From contig JAVZBY010000006.1 of assembly GCA_038874655.1 (NCBI GenBank), forward strand, positions 45,586-56,312: 10,727 nt of DNA. The letters run 5' to 3'. This document shows, one piece after another, positions 1 to 6,612 of the stretch; the stretch's first letter is position 1, and each line of letters begins with the position of its first letter. This stretch comes from Candidatus Woesearchaeota archaeon (GTDB lineage Archaea > Nanobdellota > Nanobdellia > Woesearchaeales > GW2011-AR15). Both the position numbers and the translations under genes were made by a program. The notes under the pieces are model-generated. The model worked only from the letters and a program-made list of their open reading frames with translations. It was not told the origin of the DNA and made no database searches.

Positions 1-328
1 TTGGGGTAAAACTAATAGTATTGTAGGATAAATTAAAGTGATATGGGCTCAATATATGAAAAAGATCCCAAAAAAAAACAGATTCATTATCTTCATCAAT
101 AGCATTTAAAACACAATTAAATGTTTGGTTTTGATAAACTGAAGAATTACATGTATAATTTATACTTGGTGGATGATTTAAACAAAGTCTAACATTAGCT
201 GGAACTTTTAATGACAAATCTGAAATTGAAGATAATTGGCCTATTTTATAAAATAAAAATAAATTACTAAAAATAACAAGAAAAACATAAAAAAAAACTA
301 AAATAACTAATGTTTTATCCCTCATCAT
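1..328 (-). CDS. Membrane-anchored or secreted surface protein with an Ig/cadherin-like domain (5' part only, runs off the left edge)
   Basis: Not in the ORF track; translated by hand as an open frame from ATGATG (328/325) to the window edge: MMRDKTLVILVFFYVFLVIFSNLFLFYKIGQLSSISDLSLKVPANVRLCLNHPPSINYTCNSSVYQNQTFNCVLNAIDEDNESVFFWDLFHILSPYHFNLSYNTISFTP. It has an N-terminal hydrophobic helix, NHPP / AxDxDxE / ISFTP motifs typical of cadherin-like Ig repeats, and five N-x-S/T sequons. TATA spacing favours ATG 325. Confidence 0.75.
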   Translation of the reverse strand, partial: MMRDKTLVILVFFYVFLVIFSNLFLFYKIGQLSSISDLSLKVPANVRLCLNHPPSINYTCNSSVYQNQTFNCVLNAIDEDNESVFFWDLFHILSPYHFNLSYNTISFTP

Positions 329-382
329 ATAAATTAATTTTTAATTGTTATATAAATTCTACGATTTTTTATTATAAAAAAA

Positions 383-988
383 CTATTTTTTACTCTTTTT
401 ATTCCTACTTTTTTTAATTTCGGTTTCTTTTGCCACATTTATTAGGAAGTTCATAAGCATTATTATTTTATTCTTGTTAAATGTTATAAATTCTCTCTTT
501 AAAAGTAAATAATTTTTATAATCTCTAATAATATGTTTAATCTCAACTATTTTATTACCCTTATAAATATAGCCTTGATATTTTTTTAGTTTATTTTCAT
601 CAAAAAATTTTTGTTCTTTATATTGTAATTTTACATATAATCTTGGTTGACCCCAATTTGAGCCATAATCCCTACTAACAAAATGTAATTGAAACCAATT
701 ATTTTTATAATATCCTTCAAATTTAGGATAGGGAAAACTACCTTCTATATATTTGAAATCTAATGATTTAGCCAAATTATAAATTCTTCTATAAACAAAA
801 AAATACATAAAAAAAACAAAAAACAAAATCAAAAAATAAATAAAAACTAAAGCATTAAAAAGTTCCTTTATTATTAGATTATTAATGTATAAGTAAATAA
901 TTAAAAATAAACCCAGGGTAGATAAAATAAAATAAATAATATTTAAAAGTTTATATTTTTTTATTATAAAATTTGTAATTGATACCAT
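383..988 (-). CDS. Hypothetical membrane protein: two N-terminal TM helices plus a soluble, basic C-terminal domain
   Basis: The ORF track gives 383..997 (TTG start). The in-frame ATG at 988 has a TATA-like TTAATAAA at 1012-1019, so it is preferred. Two hydrophobic stretches are followed by a Lys-rich domain. No family recognised. Confidence 0.75.
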   Translation of the reverse strand: MVSITNFIIKKYKLLNIIYFILSTLGLFLIIYLYINNLIIKELFNALVFIYFLILFFVFFMYFFVYRRIYNLAKSLDFKYIEGSFPYPKFEGYYKNNWFQLHFVSRDYGSNWGQPRLYVKLQYKEQKFFDENKLKKYQGYIYKGNKIVEIKHIIRDYKNYLLLKREFITFNKNKIIMLMNFLINVAKETEIKKSRNKKSKK

Positions 989-1127
989 TTTACCCAAATT
1001 TAGATACTTAATTTATTAACACACATTAATCTTATTATACTAAATTATTAAATTTAAAATATTTTTCTATTTTTAATATCCAAGTTAAAATTTAAAAAGT
1101 TTATGTATCCAATTTTTAAAAAAATGT

Positions 1128-1700
1128 TTATGCCATGATTAAAGCAAACAATGGTCCTATAAAACTTAAATAAAGGAAAGTAAATACAAAACTTGTGATA
1201 CTTTTCATAATAACTGAAAAAGGTTCATCAGGCAGTACAAAAGTTCTAAAAAAATAATATAAAACAGAGTAAATAAGACTACCTATATTTCCATAAATCA
1301 TCATATCAAAATTACCAAAAAACGCTACTGATATTGCCGATAAAGTATATAAAAAAAAATTTAAAAATGTTCCAACAGATGCTAAATTTGTAATAAAATC
1401 AACTATAACTGTATTTAATAATACATAAAAAATTGCTTCTTTTAAACCAATAAACTTAGCTAACATTATAGCGCAAAACAATAAAGGATCTAAAACAATC
1501 ATCTTTAAACCAAATTGTCCTCTTATAAATTTTCCTGCAAAAGCAAGCAAGGTAAAAAAAACAATAAAAAAAAGAGTTTTATTCAATTTAATTAAAACTA
1601 AAATAACTATTACAGGAATTATAAATTTCTTTAATTTATCAAAAAAATTAATATTTTTTTTATCTTTAGAATCCTTTACAGAAACTTTTTTAAGAATCAT
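1128..1700 (-). CDS. Polytopic membrane protein, ECF transporter S-component-like (paralogue of 1785..2330)
   Basis: 190 aa, about 6-7 hydrophobic segments. The LDPLLFCAIMLAKFIG segment resembles the S-component helix 2-3 region. The CDS is well supported; the family assignment is inference. Confidence 0.6.
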   Translation of the reverse strand: MILKKVSVKDSKDKKNINFFDKLKKFIIPVIVILVLIKLNKTLFFIVFFTLLAFAGKFIRGQFGLKMIVLDPLLFCAIMLAKFIGLKEAIFYVLLNTVIVDFITNLASVGTFLNFFLYTLSAISVAFFGNFDMMIYGNIGSLIYSVLYYFFRTFVLPDEPFSVIMKSITSFVFTFLYLSFIGPLFALIMA

Positions 1701-1722
1701 AGTTTATTAGTTTATTAGAAAA

Positions 1723-1737
1723 TTTATAAAACTTTTT
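1723..1737 (-). promoter_or_regulatory. BRE/TATA promoter for the 1128..1700 gene
   Basis: Minus strand AAAAAGTTTTATAAA; TTTATAAA is 23-30 bp upstream of ATG 1700. Confidence 0.5.
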
Positions 1738-1784
1738 AAAATCATATAAAGTATGACTAAACAAAAGTATAACTAAACTTAATT

Positions 1785-2330
1785 TTAGGATAATAAACTA
1801 ATTACTAAACTACCAAACAAAACAACATAATTAAAATCAACAAAGATTTTCAAAATTAAATTAATAAATTCTTTCTTTGGATTATTACCAAAACTTAAAG
1901 AGCCAAAAAAAGCTAAGATATGATGTAAAAAAATCAAAATTAAAAAAGCAACAATAAAGTTCAAAAATTTAAGTTTTGTATTTACATAATTAACCAAAAA
2001 GATAATGCTCAAGTAAAATAAGGTTGTATGATCAAAAGAGCCGCCTGCAAAAATCATAGGAATAATTCCTGTTAAAATTATAAAGGCAATGGAAAATAAA
2101 AAATTATATTCTCTGGAAATAACCAAACTTAAAAACAAAACAGGACTTAAATCAAAAGGAAACTTCACATAATAATTTACATAAGTAAAAATAGCTGTAA
2201 TTATTGTTAAAAATAGAAACATTCCAATTTTTCTTAAAAAGATCATTAATATTATTAGAAATATTGAAAAAAACAAAAAGTAATTTACATTAAACTTTCT
2301 TTTAAAAAAAGTTTTTTTGAAAAAAAGCAT
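1785..2330 (-). CDS. Polytopic membrane protein, ECF transporter S-component-like (paralogue of 1128..1700)
   Basis: The ORF track starts at GTG 2348. ATG 2330 lies 22-29 bp downstream of TTATATAA (2352-2359), matching the other genes. About 6-7 TM segments; LSPVLFLSLVISREYN aligns with the neighbour. Confidence 0.6.
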   Translation of the reverse strand: MLFFKKTFFKRKFNVNYFLFFSIFLIILMIFLRKIGMFLFLTIITAIFTYVNYYVKFPFDLSPVLFLSLVISREYNFLFSIAFIILTGIIPMIFAGGSFDHTTLFYLSIIFLVNYVNTKLKFLNFIVAFLILIFLHHILAFFGSLSFGNNPKKEFINLILKIFVDFNYVVLFGSLVISLLS

Positions 2331-2351
2331 ATTTAATGAAATATTCACCTA

Positions 2352-2407
2352 TTATATAATTTTTATTAAATATCAGATAAACTTTTTAAAATATATCTTT
2401 TTAAATA
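2352..2407. promoter_or_regulatory. Divergent promoter region between the membrane-protein gene and taw1
   Basis: TTATATAA at 2352-2359 (minus, for ATG 2330) and TTTTTAAATA at 2398-2407 (plus, for ATG 2427). Confidence 0.45.
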
Positions 2408-2426
2408 AAAAAAATCTCCATTAATT

Positions 2427-3377
2427 ATGCTCACAGAAAAGAAAAGATTGGAATTAGAAAGACAGGGCTATAGAATTGTTGGCAATCATTCTGCTATTAA
2501 AATTTGTGGTTGGACTAAAAATTCTTTGATTAATAAAGGTGTTTGTTATAAATGTACTTTTTATGGGATTCATTCATGGCAATGCATTCAGATGACACCA
2601 GCATTACAGCATTGTAATTTTAGATGTTGGCATTGCTGGCGTGATATTTCAACTGCTTCTAGAGAATGGACTGGCCCAATAGATGAACCTAAAGACATTG
2701 TTGATGGTTGTATTAAAGAGCACATTAAAATTCTACAAGGATTTGGCGGAAATAAAAATGTTAATTGGAAAAGATTTGAACAAATGAAAAAACCAAAACA
2801 TTTTGCCATTTCCTTAACAGGCGAACCTACTATGTATCCTAGATTGCCTGAATTAATTGATGAAGTTAAAAAAAGAGGCATGACTGCTTACTTAGTAACA
2901 AATGGCTCTTTTCCAGAGATGATTGAAAAACTAATTGGACATGAGCCAACACAATTTTATATTACAATGGCAGGCCCAACTAAAGAATTATTTGAACAAG
3001 AAACAAATCCTTTAACAAAAGGTGCTTGGGAAAGATTTAATAAAAGTCTAGAAATAATGAAAAAATTAAATTGCAGAAGAGTAATAAGACTAACATTAAC
3101 AAAAGGCTATAATATGAAAAATCCAGAATTATATGGGCAATTAATAAAAAAATGTTCCTTTGATTTTGTTGAAGTTAAAGGCTATATGCATGTTGGCTAT
3201 GCAATGAAAAGATTGAAAAGAGAAAACATGCCTACTCATGATGAAATAAAAGAATTTGCAGAAAAAGTAGCAAAAGCAGCTGGCTTACAATACATTGATG
3301 AAAAACCAGAAAGTTCTGTTGTTTTATTGATGAAAGAAGACAGAGCAGATAGAATTATGCATTTTGATGTGCCTTAG
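2427..3377 (+). CDS. taw1: S-adenosyl-L-methionine-dependent tRNA 4-demethylwyosine synthase (Taw1/TYW1, radical SAM)
   Basis: GYRIVGNHSAIKICGWTK N-terminus; auxiliary-cluster Cx12Cx12C (C27, C40, C53); CYK Schiff-base Lys (K42); radical-SAM CxxxCxxC (C63, C67, C70); HFAISLTGEPTMYP, LVTNG and FVEVKGYMHVG motifs. No flavodoxin domain, so it is the archaeal form. Confidence 0.97.
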   Translation: MLTEKKRLELERQGYRIVGNHSAIKICGWTKNSLINKGVCYKCTFYGIHSWQCIQMTPALQHCNFRCWHCWRDISTASREWTGPIDEPKDIVDGCIKEHIKILQGFGGNKNVNWKRFEQMKKPKHFAISLTGEPTMYPRLPELIDEVKKRGMTAYLVTNGSFPEMIEKLIGHEPTQFYITMAGPTKELFEQETNPLTKGAWERFNKSLEIMKKLNCRRVIRLTLTKGYNMKNPELYGQLIKKCSFDFVEVKGYMHVGYAMKRLKRENMPTHDEIKEFAEKVAKAAGLQYIDEKPESSVVLLMKEDRADRIMHFDVP

Positions 3378-3599
3378 AAAAAACATTTTATTTTTATATT
3401 ATATAAACACTAATATTATCTAATAATATAATTTTTTTATCTTAAAAATTATTAACTTTATACAAAATAATTTAAATTAAAAAAAAGTAATTACATAATT
3501 AAAAGTAAATAAATAGATTAAATTCATAAGCTCATATAAAAATAATATATTATTAATATATAGATAATTTTTTATACTAATTTAATTTATCAATTATTA

Positions 3600-4058
3600 A
3601 TGGAAAGTTTAGAAATAGCTAAAAAAAATGCTGAAAAAGATATTCCTCTGTTTGCTAAAATAAAAAAAATAATTTATGCTTGTCAATGGAAAGATATTTT
3701 TAATTATCCTGAAGATAGAGCTATAGCAGATTATTATGTTGAATACGAATACACTAAAACATGGGGCTCTATTTGGTTAATAGAAGCTTCAACAATGAAT
3801 CTTAAAAAAGAAATAAAACAAATAGAATCTTCTGCAGAATTTTTTAAAGAAAAAAATATAAATGTTGATGGATATCTAATAGTATTGGATAATTTATCAA
3901 AAAGAAGTCAACAACTTTATAAATTAGAGAATTACTTAAATAAACCTCTAAAAATAGTTTATGAAAAAATAAGTTATAATGAAAAAAAACAATATAAAAT
4001 AAATTCAAAAAATTTATTTGTTTTATTTAGAAAAGATTTTGAAAGGTTAAAAAAATGA
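3600..4058 (+). CDS. Hypothetical protein, probable PD-(D/E)XK restriction-endonuclease-like fold with a non-canonical ExS motif
   Basis: 152 aa. The pattern IADYYVE (D44) ... IWLIEAS (E62, S64) ... helix LKKEIKQIESS (Q74) ... strand GYLIVLD matches the order of REase-fold motifs. The fold call is by eye. Confidence 0.55.
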   Translation: MESLEIAKKNAEKDIPLFAKIKKIIYACQWKDIFNYPEDRAIADYYVEYEYTKTWGSIWLIEASTMNLKKEIKQIESSAEFFKEKNINVDGYLIVLDNLSKRSQQLYKLENYLNKPLKIVYEKISYNEKKQYKINSKNLFVLFRKDFERLKK

Positions 4059-4813
4059 GTTTACATATTAAATTATATAAATCAAAAAGAAAAGAATTAA
4101 TTAATGTAGCAATAAGTTTGATTGAATATCTCGATTTTAAAATTACATATATTAAATTCAATAATAAAATTTCAAATATAGAATATATAAAAAAAAACAT
4201 AAAATCTGATGAAAAATTTAAACTAGAAATATTTTTTTCATATAAATATAATAACGGATTTTTAGAGATACATGATAACTATCATTCTAAGATTTTTTGG
4301 GATATTGAAGTTGATGTATTTGATAATGATTTTATAGTTTTACTTGATGAAATTTCCTTTAAAAAAAAGTTAGATAAATTCTGCGATGAAAAGAAATCTT
4401 ACATAAGTAGAATTATTATAGATTTAAACGAAGAAGGTGATTCTAATCCATTAGATGTTCTTTATGATTATGATTCTTCTGGAAGATTCTTTTTCTTAAA
4501 TCTAATAAAGGTCCTCGAAGAATTATGTGACGAAAATAAGAATTATGAAAAAATTTTTGAAAAAATAAGAATAAGTGATAAAAATTACTTAGTAAGCAGA
4601 TTATGGAAAAATAGAAACATAAAAAAATATGCTTTTGATTCTGCTATTAAAGAAGGAATCATTGCACAAGAGGGTAGTATAAAAATTTACGCAAAAAACA
4701 AAGATAATTTAAAAAATTATTATAAAAAATTAATAGATAATATATTAAAACCAATATTTGAAGATATACCTTCTATTGAAGATAAAATAAAAGAAGTTTC
4801 TAATAATTTATAA
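4055..4813 (+). CDS. Hypothetical soluble protein, translationally coupled to the upstream gene
   Basis: 252-aa ORF in very AT-rich DNA, unlikely by chance. ATGA overlap at 4055-4058 and an SD-like AGGT at 4044-4047. No TM segment or recognised motif. Confidence 0.8.
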   Translation: MSLHIKLYKSKRKELINVAISLIEYLDFKITYIKFNNKISNIEYIKKNIKSDEKFKLEIFFSYKYNNGFLEIHDNYHSKIFWDIEVDVFDNDFIVLLDEISFKKKLDKFCDEKKSYISRIIIDLNEEGDSNPLDVLYDYDSSGRFFFLNLIKVLEELCDENKNYEKIFEKIRISDKNYLVSRLWKNRNIKKYAFDSAIKEGIIAQEGSIKIYAKNKDNLKNYYKKLIDNILKPIFEDIPSIEDKIKEVSNNL

Positions 4814-4917
4814 TAATACAATTAAAATTCAATATTCCATATGTTATAATAATTAGATAATGAATTTTATTTTAAAGAAATTAAGATAATAAAAAAAACA
4901 ATTTTTAATAGTTCTAT

Positions 4918-6261
4918 TCACCAAAAAAAACTCTCATAAAAAACATCTTTTTCTTTAACATTATTTTCTTTTAAAATTTTTATTATGGAATTCTTCATTG
5001 GCTCAGGACCGCATATATAATATAATTTATTCTCAAAAGAATCTAAATATTTCAAAATCAATTCTTTATTAATATAGCCCATTTCAAAATTCTTTTTGTT
5101 TCTGTTTTCAATAGAGCATTCTTGGGAAATGCAATAAACAATATTCAATTTATTTTTCAAATTTTTATTTTTTAATAAATCATCAAATAATTTTTTTCCA
5201 ATTATATCTTTATCAGTCCTAACTCCGTAAAACAAAAATATTTTTCTGTTTGATAATTTACTTTCTTGATCTGATTTAGCTAAAAACTTTAAAAAACTCA
5301 TAAAAGGTGTTATTCCAACTCCACCAGCAAAGAAAACTAAATCCTTTTCTTTATTTTTTTCTTTAAATGCTTTATCTAATGTAAAAATACCAAAAGGCCC
5401 TTCAACAATAACTTGCTCGCCTTTTTTTAATTCAGATGCAATTTTTGTAAATTTGCCTTGTAATTTTATCGTGAAATTTAAAGTTTCTTCATCATAACTA
5501 GAAATTGTAAAAGGATGTCTTGCAAATAAATTCTCTTTATTTAATCTTAAAAAACAAAATTGCCCTGCTTTAAATTTTAATTTTTTATTTTCAAGTCCAT
5601 TTACATATTGTTTTAATTTTATTGTAAAAGTGTCTTTTGTTTCCCAATCTATTTTTTCAACATAAAATTTATTTTTTAATTGTTTTAATTTGTAAAAAGT
5701 TCTATAGATAATACCAATAACAAAAAGACCAATCAATAAAATAAACAAATATCTTACAAAAATATTATCAACATCAGAACCATATCTAAATGCATGTAAA
5801 AAAGCAAAAATTAATGCTATATATATCACAATATGTATAAATTGCCATGCATAATAAGATATTCTCTTATAAAAATAAGAGCATAACATTATAACTAAAT
5901 AAAAATAAAAAGAAACAATTCCAAAAGACAAGCCAATATAAGCAAAATTAGGAATTAAATAATTAAAATTTTTGTTTGCAATTATAAAAAAAATAGGATG
6001 CAACAAAACAAAAACCAAAGTAATAAGAGAAAATTCTCTTTGAAATTTAATTATTTTATCAATACCAAAAAACCTGTCAAAAAATCTTGCTAAATCTCCA
6101 GAAATAACTAATATTGCAAAAAAAAATAAAGCAGTTAATCCAGCAACTCTTCCACTATTATACAATAAATCATATAGGGTTAATTTTTCAGGAAAAGGAT
6201 AAAAAACTATGAAAACAAAAATTAAAATAATTGGCAATAATAGATAGTAGATTTTTTTCAT
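4918..6261 (-). CDS. Ferric reductase-like transmembrane domain fused to an FNR-type FAD/NAD(P)H-binding oxidoreductase (prokaryotic NOX/FRE-like)
   Basis: N-terminal multi-TM domain with H88, H143 and H156. C-terminal FKAGQF, RHPFTISS (FAD), EGPFG, AGGVGITPF (NAD(P)H), YICGP and terminal ESFFW motifs. Confidence 0.92.
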   Translation of the reverse strand: MKKIYYLLLPIILIFVFIVFYPFPEKLTLYDLLYNSGRVAGLTALFFFAILVISGDLARFFDRFFGIDKIIKFQREFSLITLVFVLLHPIFFIIANKNFNYLIPNFAYIGLSFGIVSFYFYLVIMLCSYFYKRISYYAWQFIHIVIYIALIFAFLHAFRYGSDVDNIFVRYLFILLIGLFVIGIIYRTFYKLKQLKNKFYVEKIDWETKDTFTIKLKQYVNGLENKKLKFKAGQFCFLRLNKENLFARHPFTISSYDEETLNFTIKLQGKFTKIASELKKGEQVIVEGPFGIFTLDKAFKEKNKEKDLVFFAGGVGITPFMSFLKFLAKSDQESKLSNRKIFLFYGVRTDKDIIGKKLFDDLLKNKNLKNKLNIVYCISQECSIENRNKKNFEMGYINKELILKYLDSFENKLYYICGPEPMKNSIIKILKENNVKEKDVFYESFFW

Positions 6262-6284
6262 GAAGTTAAAAAAGAAGGATTTTT

Positions 6285-6292
6285 TTATATAA
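6285..6292 (-). promoter_or_regulatory. TATA box for the ferric reductase-like gene
   Basis: TTATATAA 24-31 bp upstream of ATG 6261, suggesting transcription independent of the R-M operon. Confidence 0.45.
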
Positions 6293-6316
6293 TTTATGTT
6301 TAAAAATTTTTTAGAA

Positions 6317-6610
6317 TTAAATTTTTATTGATTTCGCATCAATATTTTCTTTTGATAAATAGGCATTTAAAATACTATTGAATAATCTATTGTGTGTTTT
6401 ATATCTCAGATGTAATAACTCATGAACTATTACTTTTGATCTAAAATTTTTTGATTTATTTAAAATTTCAAAAGAAAAAGTCAATCTTCCTTTTGTAGAG
6501 CAACTAGCATATTTTCTATGCATTGATCTTACATGTATCTCTTTAGGTTTTATATTTAATTTATTTGCCCAAAAATTTACTTCTTTTTTAAAATCCTCAA
6601 TTTCTATCAT
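6317..6610 (-). CDS. Short YgjP/DUF45 (M48/SprT-like) zinc-motif hydrolase domain protein
   Basis: RSMHRKYASCSTKGRLTFS (compare the family pattern MKxRWGSC) and VIVHELLHLRYKTHNRLF (HExxH plus downstream His). Starts 2 bp after the hsdR stop, a familiar position for this family. Confidence 0.85.
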   Translation of the reverse strand: MIEIEDFKKEVNFWANKLNIKPKEIHVRSMHRKYASCSTKGRLTFSFEILNKSKNFRSKVIVHELLHLRYKTHNRLFNSILNAYLSKENIDAKSIKI

Positions 6611-6612
6611 CT

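Noticed and set aside
1700-1718. Short tandem repeat TAGTTTAT x2.4 just upstream of the ATG
   Set aside because: Too short and low in complexity to support a function.
2588-2881. 97-aa minus-strand ORF
   Set aside because: Lies entirely antisense within the well-conserved taw1; shadow ORF with no motifs.
3378-3599. Long AT-rich spacer with palindrome AATAATATATTATT (3541-3554); considered as ncRNA, origin or CRISPR leader
   Set aside because: Almost purely A/T, so palindromes are expected by chance. No repeat-spacer array, GC-rich stem or ORB-like G-string.
3378-4917. Mobile-element boundaries around the two-gene operon
   Set aside because: No transposase or integrase, terminal inverted repeats or convincing target-site duplication seen.
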